Under the pieces are notes generated by a model. The model saw only the letters and a program-made list of their open reading frames with translations. It made no database searches and was not told where the DNA came from. A stretch of DNA of 32,000 nucleotides from Ignicoccus pacificus DSM 13166. Lineage in GTDB: Archaea > Thermoproteota > Thermoprotei_A > Sulfolobales > Ignicoccaceae. The translations under genes were made by a program, and so were the position numbers. Of this stretch, positions 8,128 to 15,830 are shown piece by piece (the first letter of the stretch is position 1; every line of letters starts with the position of its first letter). The stretch spans positions 1,440,001-1,472,000 of the forward strand of contig CP006868.1 of assembly GCA_025340205.1 (NCBI GenBank), given 5' to 3'.

Positions 8128-8307
8128 TTACTTCCCAATCGAACCAAGAGCGTTCTTGGTGGCGTTCAACGCTTGATTCACAAGGGCATGGAACTCTTGT
8201 GGCTTGTTGTAGTAGAGCCAAGCGAGGTAGATTAGCACACCTACTAATATCAAGCTAACTATAGCTGACAAGAGATCGAGTAGACCCTTTCTTCTCACGA
8301 TTCTCAC
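8128..8307 (-). CDS. possible small membrane protein, 59 aa (unannotated)
   Basis: Hand translation gives (GTG)MRIVRRKGLLDLLSAIVSLILVGVLIYLAWLYYNKPQEFHALVNQALNATKNALGSIGK*. It has a basic N-terminus and one TM helix. A TATA-like TATATTTAAA (complement of 8337-8346) sits about 30 nt upstream of the GTG. One residue below the ORF-track cut-off. Confidence 0.35.
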   Translation of the reverse strand: MRIVRRKGLLDLLSAIVSLILVGVLIYLAWLYYNKPQEFHALVNQALNATKNALGSIGK

Positions 8308-8450
8308 ACTTCCGCTTCACATAATGACATTACTCTTTAAATATAGAGAGCTCCTTCATAATTGTATATATCTGCGGGATTTCGTTCCCACTATTTATGT
8401 TTTGGTGAATTGAAAGAAAACATTTTTTCGTTCTCAAGACCCTCCATAGG

Positions 8451-9560
8451 GTGTTACGAGCAGTGAGCGCAAAGGCTTCCCAATGGGAGATATCGAGGAA
8501 GGAGCTGAAGGAGCTGCTGAAGCAGTTGGAGCAGTGGAGCGCGCCGGCAACTACTCTGCTCTCCCTCTACATTCCTCCTGGCAGGCCCATAGGCGACGTC
8601 ATGGAATTGCTGAGGAAGGAGCTGAGCGTTGCAGATAACGTCAAGTTGAAGAAGACTAGAGAAGCGGTGAAGACAGCCCTCGTGGCCGCTATGGACAGAT
8701 TGAAGAAGTTCGATAAGGTTCCACCTAACGGACTGGTCATATTCTGTGGCATAAACCCCAAAACGGAGAAGCTCGAATGCTTCACCTTCTCTCCTCCCGA
8801 CAAGGTACCCGTCTTCTTCTACCGAACAGACAAGCACTTCCACACTGAGTTCCTAAAAGAGATGGTAGAAGAGCCGGAGGTATATGGCCTAATCCTAGTC
8901 GAAAGAGGAAAGATGATGGTGGGATTGCTAAGGGGATCGAGGATAGAGATCTTGAGAGAGGCGACGGGATTCATCCCGAGCAAGCACCACAGAGGAGGTC
9001 AGTCACAAAGAAGGTTCGACAGGCTCATAGAACAAGCGGCTGAGGCCTTCTACAAACACGCGGGAGAGGTGGCTAGCCAAGCCCTCCTCCCCTATTTAGA
9101 GCAAGGGAGGCTTAAGGGAGTCTTGGTGGGTGGTCCGGCATTCTCAAAGCAAGATTTCTTGGATGCCGGAGGGCTTGACTACCGACTAAAGCAGAAGATC
9201 CTGGGTCTCTACGACGTAGCTGATGTAGATGAACATGGATTCCATGAACTCGTACAAAGGGCGTACGATGAAATACAAGGCCAGAAATACGCCGAAGCCA
9301 CTAAAGCCTTGGAAGAGTTCAAGAGACATCTAGCCAAGGATACGGGCTATGAGGTCTATGGTTATGACGAGGTAATGGAGGCTCTGAGAATGGGAATGTT
9401 GAAGACGCTATTGATTCCCGAAGATCACCCAGAACTAGAAAAGATCAAGGAGGAGGCAGAGATGTATGGAACAAAGGTGGTGGTCATTCCGGAGGGAGTG
9501 CCGGAGGCTGAGTGGTTTAAAAAGACCTTCGGAATAGCGGGCATTAAAAGGTTCAAGTAA
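8451..9560 (+). CDS. prf1: peptide chain release factor aRF1
   Basis: Catalytic GGQ loop (HHRGGQSQRRFDRL). The N-domain aligns clearly to eRF1/aRF1: ...LLSLYIPPGRP..., KVPPNGLVIFCG, FHTEFL. 369 aa, GTG start. Confidence 0.9.
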   Translation: MLRAVSAKASQWEISRKELKELLKQLEQWSAPATTLLSLYIPPGRPIGDVMELLRKELSVADNVKLKKTREAVKTALVAAMDRLKKFDKVPPNGLVIFCGINPKTEKLECFTFSPPDKVPVFFYRTDKHFHTEFLKEMVEEPEVYGLILVERGKMMVGLLRGSRIEILREATGFIPSKHHRGGQSQRRFDRLIEQAAEAFYKHAGEVASQALLPYLEQGRLKGVLVGGPAFSKQDFLDAGGLDYRLKQKILGLYDVADVDEHGFHELVQRAYDEIQGQKYAEATKALEEFKRHLAKDTGYEVYGYDEVMEALRMGMLKTLLIPEDHPELEKIKEEAEMYGTKVVVIPEGVPEAEWFKKTFGIAGIKRFK

Positions 9561-9612
9561 GTTCCAAAAAGTAGTTTATACCCTCTTCTCCCAACTCCTC
9601 TCGGGTCCTAAT

Positions 9613-10245
9613 TTGAGGCTCGTGGAGATAGGGCTGAAGGAGCTGAATGCTCTAGTGGGGAAGGCTGCTGATTTGAGCATGGAGGCGTTCGATACCGCCC
9701 TGCAAGCTATAAAGGATAAGAACAGGGAGGAGAAGAGGCTTAAGGTCAAAGAACTAGTTAAGGAATTAAGAAAGCTGAGGGAGGAGATAGATGAGCTCTC
9801 ATTAGAGATAATCGCCAGGTACCAGCCGGTCGCCTCAGAGCTAAGGAGAGTAAAGGCTGCAATAGAACTCGGTTACGCCTTCTTGAGGTTTGGTCGCTAC
9901 TCCTACGATGCCTTAGCTGCCTTTAGTAGAGCGGAGAAGCTCGGGATAGAGTGCGACTCCAAGAAATTCGACGAAATGGCGCCTATAGTTAAGGGAATGA
10001 TGCAAGATGCAATTAAGTCTATTAAAGAGCTCGACGTAATACTAGCGTTAAAGGTAATAAGTAAGGACGATGAGGTGGATCAGCTTTATCATAAGTACTT
10101 GACCGAGATAATGACCAGTTACGATAGCGTAGCTTGTGCCGTCGTGGAGGCCTTGGCGATCAAGTTCTTGGAGAGAGCAGCGGATCACAGCGTCCACGTG
10201 GCCGCCCAGACGGTGTTCGTAGTAGAAGGAAAGATGCCGGAGTGA
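9613..10245 (+). CDS. phoU: PhoU-family regulatory protein
   Basis: Two PhoU-type helical repeats: EIDELSLEIIARYQPVASELRRVKAAIELGYAFLRFGRY and DDEVDQLYHKYLTEIM...FLERAADHSVHVAAQ. TTG start with TTTATA about 30 nt upstream. Confidence 0.75.
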   Translation: MRLVEIGLKELNALVGKAADLSMEAFDTALQAIKDKNREEKRLKVKELVKELRKLREEIDELSLEIIARYQPVASELRRVKAAIELGYAFLRFGRYSYDALAAFSRAEKLGIECDSKKFDEMAPIVKGMMQDAIKSIKELDVILALKVISKDDEVDQLYHKYLTEIMTSYDSVACAVVEALAIKFLERAADHSVHVAAQTVFVVEGKMPE

Positions 10246-10312
10246 GAGCTTTGCTCACCCTCAGACCTGCGCGGGCTCCTCACCGCTCAGCCCTTAGAGC
10301 GCTCGTCATAGG

Positions 10313-11122
10313 GTGAACGCCTTGGATCCAGTTTCATTGCTTCTCTTGGGGCTCGGATTCCCTTTAGGCAGAACCCGCGCTAGGAGGATCGCAAAACCCC
10401 TTTCAATCTTCTTGGTGTATTTCGTGGAGCCAATACTGGGCTTCTGGGCTGGGGTGAGTCTAAAAAGAGAATATGCAGCCGCCTTGGCTCCCTTAGTTGA
10501 AATACCCGTAGCACTTCTCGCTCTGAAGCTCTTCGAGGATTGCCCCAAGAAAGGGGGCGGAGCTATCACTTCTGCCTTCGGGAACACCATATTCCTTGGA
10601 ATTCCCGCAGTGCTAGCGATTAACGGAAACATAGACGCGGCCGTTACCTATGCCATGGTAACTACTTTTATCCACTTCATAACCGCTTCAATCCTCTCAT
10701 GCAAGAAGGGAAAGGCTCAGTTCCAGCCCATTGCCATTACCTTTATCTTAGGCATATTGTTGAGTCCTTATTCCTCTCTCTTGAAACCTTTCCTGTGGAC
10801 AAAGCAGTTAGCCGCCAACTTGGCCAAGCTGGGTCTCTTGATCTTAGGCCTCAGTTTCGAATTCGAACATCTAAAGATAGACAGAGAAGTAATGAAGATA
10901 GGCCTACTGAAACACATAGCTTTACCTATGCTCACCATACCTTTTACTCTTCTAGGGGGAGGAAAAGCGATCTTTGTAGAAGCGTCCATGCCTCCTGCCT
11001 TTATGAACATAGCATTGGCCTACGTATATGGTTTTGATATAAAGATGGTGACCAAAGCAGTAATAACATTGACTTTGTTATGGATAGTAGCCTTCGTTCC
11101 GTTGAGCTTTTTCATCCATTAA
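10313..11122 (+). CDS. AEC (auxin efflux carrier) family membrane transporter
   Basis: Polytopic membrane protein. Both halves carry AEC-like motifs: SAFGNTIFLGIPAVLAI and EASMPPAFMNIALAYVYG. GTG start. At 269 aa it is somewhat short for the family. Confidence 0.65.
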   Translation: MNALDPVSLLLLGLGFPLGRTRARRIAKPLSIFLVYFVEPILGFWAGVSLKREYAAALAPLVEIPVALLALKLFEDCPKKGGGAITSAFGNTIFLGIPAVLAINGNIDAAVTYAMVTTFIHFITASILSCKKGKAQFQPIAITFILGILLSPYSSLLKPFLWTKQLAANLAKLGLLILGLSFEFEHLKIDREVMKIGLLKHIALPMLTIPFTLLGGGKAIFVEASMPPAFMNIALAYVYGFDIKMVTKAVITLTLLWIVAFVPLSFFIH

Positions 11123-12356
11123 CCCTCACTTCGCTTAAAGTATATTCCCTATATCCAGCATCTAATACTAACTTATAACCCCTTATGTAGAATTTGTCTC
11201 TTACATGGAATTTTAAGCAAACGTCGAAGTCTTTGAAACGCTTGGCATAGATGTCCGTATAAGCAACCACCTTATCTGGGAGGAGTCGTCTGTCCTCTAC
11301 TACCTTTAGCACAAAATGCGTTCCCGGAAGTGTCACATTAGGGTAAATTTGGGGTAGCGTCAGGCACGCTGTAGCCTCCCCAGGAAGGAGGCTGGCTACT
11401 TTTGTACCACTCTCGTACCAAGTGACATTAGCATTAGGTATAACGTAATACAGAATATAATCGAAGACCGGTACGTTGGCAACGTTAACACAATAGCCGT
11501 TGCAAAGATCCACCTTCACTGCTCTGACGAAATCTGTTTCGTAGCCTCCAAAGCGTTCAAACCTTCTTATTCCAAACTTCTCGGGAACGTTCACCTTAAC
11601 CGTCTTCGTCTCGAAGGGTCGGAGAGTTACACTTCCTATATAGATGTCCACACCTCCTTTTACATCCGCCGAGAGTTTCAAGTGAAGTGTGTTATTGCAC
11701 TTGTTCTCGAACTTCAAGAGGGTACTTGCTCCGGGGACTAAGGGTACCTTACCCAATACATCTATATGCAAGCATTTACTCGTTCTTTCTACAATCCTCT
11801 CATAAAAGTAGTGAGAGAGATTCACCTTCGCATTTCCCCCAGCCTTTAACACCACGTTTAGATACGCTCCTTCTAATTTGGCTTTTACCACTAAACCGAG
11901 GACGCTCGACAAAAACCCAAGCGGTGAGGCTCCACTAAGCACGTTTATCGTTGAATACATTAGTTTAGCAATATTTATCAACGTCGACAAAGATCCTCCC
12001 TGAGATAGTACAAAAGAAGTTATTGGCCAGCAATAGGTGATGTTAGGTAGCACGTTGAAGAGTATTATCCTATAAGGTACATCGCGTCTTTTCGCGACAT
12101 CGAAGGTTATCTGAATAACTCCTCTAAGCTTGGAATCGCTCTTGATACAAAGGAGGCTATCCATCGATCCCTCATAACCAAATCCTAGTAGAGGTCCTTC
12201 TATCTTAGAGGGGACCATATCCATGTATACTATCTTATACCGACCATACGTTAACGTATGATTTATATAAGAGAACTTCACGTAAAGCCAAGAGATGGTA
12301 AAAGTCGACGCAAAGATGCTAACTCCTAGAATTAAGAGGGAAATGAGTACTCTCAT
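11112..12356 (-). CDS. hypothetical secreted or membrane-anchored protein, 414 aa
   Basis: N-terminal hydrophobic signal/anchor MRVLISLLILGVSIFASTF. The rest is beta-rich with Tyr/Asn/Val bias and several N-x-S/T sequons (NHT, NIT, NLS, NNT, NVT x2). GC is visibly lower than in the flanking genes. No family recognised. Confidence 0.6.
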   Translation of the reverse strand: MRVLISLLILGVSIFASTFTISWLYVKFSYINHTLTYGRYKIVYMDMVPSKIEGPLLGFGYEGSMDSLLCIKSDSKLRGVIQITFDVAKRRDVPYRIILFNVLPNITYCWPITSFVLSQGGSLSTLINIAKLMYSTINVLSGASPLGFLSSVLGLVVKAKLEGAYLNVVLKAGGNAKVNLSHYFYERIVERTSKCLHIDVLGKVPLVPGASTLLKFENKCNNTLHLKLSADVKGGVDIYIGSVTLRPFETKTVKVNVPEKFGIRRFERFGGYETDFVRAVKVDLCNGYCVNVANVPVFDYILYYVIPNANVTWYESGTKVASLLPGEATACLTLPQIYPNVTLPGTHFVLKVVEDRRLLPDKVVAYTDIYAKRFKDFDVCLKFHVRDKFYIRGYKLVLDAGYREYTLSEVRVNG

Positions 12357-12383
12357 AGCTCCCTAAGAGCATGAGGGAAGCCT

Positions 12384-12393
12384 CTATATATAC
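12384..12393 (+). promoter_or_regulatory. TATA box (CTATATATAC) for the 3-hydroxyacyl-CoA dehydrogenase/hydratase gene
   Basis: Strong TATA element about 30 nt upstream of the ATG at 12423, with GGTGGT (SD-like) at 12415-12420. Confidence 0.35.
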
Positions 12394-12422
12394 CTCACTA
12401 TATTACATGAACCGGTGGTAAC

Positions 12423-14423
12423 ATGACTGACATCAAGAGGATACTGGTAGTAGGAGCCGGAGTAATGGGGCATGGAATAGCACAAGTGGCCGCCATGGCA
12501 GGCTATCAAGTAAGGATGATAGACATAAAACAAGAGTTCCTAGATAGAGCTATGCAGAGAATCAAGGAGAGCTTAGAGAAGCTTTACGCTAAGGGGAAGT
12601 TAAAGGAAAATCCTGAAGATGTGCTCAAGAGAATAGAGCCTATGGTGGCGAACCCTGACGACGAAGAGAGCTATGCAAGGGCAGCTAAAGACATAGACTT
12701 CATGATAGAGGCCGTTCCTGAGATACTCGACCTAAAGAGGGCGGTCTTCAGTACTATCGATAAGTACGCCCCTCCTCATGCTATCCTAAGCTCCAACACG
12801 TCTTCCATACCAATAACCGAGATAGCTAAGGCCACAAAGAGGCCGGACAAGGTAGTGGGAATGCACTTCTTCAACCCCCCAGTAATCCTGAAGTTAGTCG
12901 AGGTCGTAAGGGGAGCAGAAACCAGCGACGAGACTGTAAAAACCACTGTAGAACTAGCCAAGAGCATGGGTAAGGTTCCTATAGTAGTAGAAAAGGATGT
13001 CCCCGGCTTCATAGTGAACAGGGTAATGGCCAGGTTCTTAAACGAAGGATGTTGGCTAGTGGAGAGGAGCGTTTACACTATAGAGCAAGTAGACGCCGCA
13101 TTGAGGTATAAGTTGAACTTCCCCATGGGTGCATTCGAGCTAGCCGACTACGTGGGACTGGACGTACTGGTCCATCTCATGGAGGCGATGAGAGAAAGGG
13201 GAATGAACATAACTATATGTCCTAAGTTCAAGAAGCTTGTAGAGGAGAAGAAGTTAGGCGTGAAGAGCGGAGAGGGCTTCTACAAGTACCCCGCTCCCGG
13301 TAAGTTCGTCAAGCCCTCTGTCAAGGCTTCTGCGGCAGAAGGGGTAGACTACGTAGCCATAGTCGATACTGCCGTGAACGAGGGAGCTTGGCTTGTAGAA
13401 AACGAGGTAGCCAAGGTAGAGGACGTCGATACTGCCACTGTTCTAGGTTTGAACTTGCCCATGGGTATACTGAGGTTGGGCGACAGCTTAGGTTTGGACA
13501 ACGTTCTAGCATCTATAGAGGAGAAGGCCAAGAAGTATGGCATGGAGGACTACAAGCCGACTCAACTTCTTAAGAGAATGGTAGAGAAGGGCAACTGTGG
13601 AGTCAAGTGCGGAAAGGGCTTCCACGAATATGAGGTGAAGGAAGAGGATAGGGGAGAGATAAAGGTAAGGAGGGAAGGAGATGCTCTCTGGGTAGTTCTT
13701 AACAGACCTAAACAGAGGAACGCCTTAACTCCGGAGATGCTGAACAAGATGGCTGATGCTGTTAGGGAAGGATGCCTAGATCCCAACGTAAAGGTCATAG
13801 TACTCTATGGAGGAGAGGTGTTCAGCGCAGGATTCGACCTAACAGTTATGAGCAAAGTAAGGCCTTCTGAAGCTCCGATGAAGGTGGCCAGGCCCTTCAT
13901 GAGGCTAGGTAATGTAATTGCCAACTGTCCCAAGCCTGTGGTAGCTTACATAACTGGATATGCGTTGGGAGGAGGACTCGAGGTAGCGATGATGGCTGAC
14001 TTGAGGTTAGCCAGCGAAGGAGCTCTGCTTGGTCAGCCAGAGATAAACGTAGGCATAATACCGGGAGGAGGAGGAACCCAGAGGCTGCCGAGGCTAGTAG
14101 GTCTCGGCAGGGCTCTGCAGTTGGTAATGCTTGGCGAAATGATTGACGCTGAAACTGCCAAGGAGTGGGGCTTGGTAAACTGGGTAGTGCCTAAGAGAGT
14201 TGCAGACGCCGAGATAAGACTCCTTGTAGAGAAGCTTGCCTCCAAGCCTCCGATAGCCCTTGCCGTTGCCAAGGAGGTAACTAGAGCTGCCTTAGAGGTA
14301 CCCCTTAACGAAGGAGTGAAGTTCGAAGCAGAGGCCTTTGCTAGAGTACTCAGCACGGAGGACGCTAAGGAAGGTATAAACGCGTTCCTAGAGAAGAGGA
14401 AGCCTAGGTTCAGGGGCGAGTAA
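12423..14423 (+). CDS. bifunctional (S)-3-hydroxybutyryl-CoA dehydrogenase / crotonyl-CoA hydratase (fused 3-hydroxyacyl-CoA dehydrogenase + enoyl-CoA hydratase)
   Basis: The N-terminal part has the Rossmann motif VVGAGVMGHGIA, plus SNTSS and HFFNPP blocks of 3-hydroxyacyl-CoA dehydrogenases, with a duplicated C-terminal dimerisation domain. The C-terminal ~250 aa form a crotonase fold: VLNRPKQRNALT, FSAGFDL, GYALGGGLEVAMMADLRLA, GQPEINVGIIPGGGGTQRLPRLVG. This is the domain order of the crenarchaeal 4-hydroxybutyrate-cycle enzyme. Confidence 0.9.
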   Translation: MTDIKRILVVGAGVMGHGIAQVAAMAGYQVRMIDIKQEFLDRAMQRIKESLEKLYAKGKLKENPEDVLKRIEPMVANPDDEESYARAAKDIDFMIEAVPEILDLKRAVFSTIDKYAPPHAILSSNTSSIPITEIAKATKRPDKVVGMHFFNPPVILKLVEVVRGAETSDETVKTTVELAKSMGKVPIVVEKDVPGFIVNRVMARFLNEGCWLVERSVYTIEQVDAALRYKLNFPMGAFELADYVGLDVLVHLMEAMRERGMNITICPKFKKLVEEKKLGVKSGEGFYKYPAPGKFVKPSVKASAAEGVDYVAIVDTAVNEGAWLVENEVAKVEDVDTATVLGLNLPMGILRLGDSLGLDNVLASIEEKAKKYGMEDYKPTQLLKRMVEKGNCGVKCGKGFHEYEVKEEDRGEIKVRREGDALWVVLNRPKQRNALTPEMLNKMADAVREGCLDPNVKVIVLYGGEVFSAGFDLTVMSKVRPSEAPMKVARPFMRLGNVIANCPKPVVAYITGYALGGGLEVAMMADLRLASEGALLGQPEINVGIIPGGGGTQRLPRLVGLGRALQLVMLGEMIDAETAKEWGLVNWVVPKRVADAEIRLLVEKLASKPPIALAVAKEVTRAALEVPLNEGVKFEAEAFARVLSTEDAKEGINAFLEKRKPRFRGE

Positions 14424-14427
14424 CCCG

Positions 14428-14447
14428 TTTTAGACTATTGTTTTATT
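14428..14447 (+). terminator. oligo-T tracts downstream of the dehydrogenase/hydratase gene
   Basis: GTTTTAGACTATTGTTTTATT lies immediately after the TAA stop. T-runs are the usual archaeal termination signal. Confidence 0.35.
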
Positions 14448-14634
14448 CCTAAGCGAGATCTCACGTCACTCTCCGTCCGCTTCTCGACCTTAAAACATTC
14501 GTTACTCATCTTTCACTTTCGCTCAACTCTCCCTTCGAATTCATTTTCCAATTTCGTATTCTTATTCCATCAGAGTTAATATCCATAGCACTCGAAATCC
14601 TAACTGGTAAATTTACGAAGGTTCTGTTATGACC

Positions 14635-14671
14635 TTCTGGTATCACCTTGGTAATTTTCTAGTATCACCTT
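14635..14671 (+). repeat. direct repeat TTCTGGTATCACCTT / TTCTAGTATCACCTT, 22-bp period
   Basis: Read directly at 14635-14649 and 14657-14671 (14 of 15 identical). It lies inside a 378-bp ORF-free, pyrimidine-rich spacer, about 130-165 nt upstream of the ATG at 14802. The core TATCACCT resembles the anti-Shine-Dalgarno 3' end of 16S rRNA (GATCACCTCC). Confidence 0.7.
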
Positions 14672-14801
14672 TTTGTTCTCACATTGGAATTGACAGATAC
14701 ATCGATCCTGTAGACAACTGGCGTAGACTAACCACAACCTCTATAATCTTAGTTTTATACATAGAATTAGGACGTTAGCTTCACTGAGGGGTGAGTGCTT
14801 C

Positions 14802-15830
14802 ATGACTAAGGGCCACGCAAAGCCTAAGCGATTGGACGACTTGGAGGAGTGGAGCTTGGCTCCGGCTCTGAAGCTGGGCACTGAAATACTTAGGAGAAAG
14901 CATCCTCACTTGATTAACTACTCCGGAGCTGACCTCATCTCTCCTCCTCAATCTAACCTTTATGATAGGAAAATCGTTGCTAAGAGCTTTAAGAAATTTC
15001 TCACTAAGAACAGCCTTACGTCTAGAGATAAGATAAGTAAGGAGGTAAACAACCTAGTACAAAAGGTGTTCAACGGCCGGATACAGAGGCTTTACCTCAA
15101 TGACGTGCCCGAGATAATGGAGCAGCTCAAGGGAATATCCCTCCCTAACCCCAAGTTAGACGTCATGAGCTATGGAGAGCCCCCGTTAATGATAGAGAGA
15201 AGGGAGAGGCTGATAGAAATATACAAGTTGTTACAATCCGTTCTCATAAAGGTCGGGCAAGACTTCTTCGATCATAACGAAGGGATACTCTACCTTCCTT
15301 CGTTAAACATACTGAAGCCTCAAAGTCTGGTAATAGACTCAGAGATGGACTTGACGCTCTTAAGCATTCCTCATAGCAGTAAGAACTTCAAGACTGTTTT
15401 TGTGATAACCGCTTTCAAGGAGGGAGAGATAAATCTCCGAAGGATGTGCGCTCTAGCGGTCCAAACGCCCTTGCTCCTACTCATCTTACCGAACCACCTT
15501 GACAAGCGCCTATCCGCGAGCATGACCCGTCTCGAGGCTAATTGGATAAACTTCATCAACGCTCAATTTGGAAGGAACGACTTGTGGAGTCTGATCAACA
15601 AGAAGTACAGAAGTAGGGCCAATGAACTAAGAAAAAGGCTTAACTTGAACAAGTTCGAGTTTAAGGAGTTCTTGTTCTGGTGTGTGAAGGAGGGGGCATA
15701 TGAGTTAGGCAAGATGCTAAAGGAAATGGCTTGTGCCGAGATGGAGCTCAGACTTCCTCCGTCTTGGGTTATGGAGAACATATTTACAACGCATGTACCC
15801 GGGTTGCTCGGGAGAACCTTTGCTCAATAA
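14802..15830 (+). CDS. hypothetical protein, 342 aa
   Basis: ATG start preceded by GAGGGGTGA (SD-like, 14786-14794). TATA-like CTATAATC and TTTTATAC lie at 14741-14761. No motif recognised. GC is lower than in neighbouring genes. The 3' end overlaps the start of nnr. Confidence 0.55.
   Translation: MTKGHAKPKRLDDLEEWSLAPALKLGTEILRRKHPHLINYSGADLISPPQSNLYDRKIVAKSFKKFLTKNSLTSRDKISKEVNNLVQKVFNGRIQRLYLNDVPEIMEQLKGISLPNPKLDVMSYGEPPLMIERRERLIEIYKLLQSVLIKVGQDFFDHNEGILYLPSLNILKPQSLVIDSEMDLTLLSIPHSSKNFKTVFVITAFKEGEINLRRMCALAVQTPLLLLILPNHLDKRLSASMTRLEANWINFINAQFGRNDLWSLINKKYRSRANELRKRLNLNKFEFKEFLFWCVKEGAYELGKMLKEMACAEMELRLPPSWVMENIFTTHVPGLLGRTFAQ

Noticed and set aside
10134-10316. 60-aa Arg/Gly-rich ORF spanning the PhoU 3' end and the intergenic region
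   Set aside because: It overlaps the PhoU frame, has low-complexity composition and lacks start signals.
15733-15792. Upstream extension of nnr in the track ORF (MPRWSSDFLRLGLWRTYLQR...)
   Set aside because: It overlaps the preceding ORF by 98 nt and contributes no YjeF-N homology. The conserved domain begins around FYDVREMRAVE, so a downstream start (15793, about 15820, or 15869) is more plausible.
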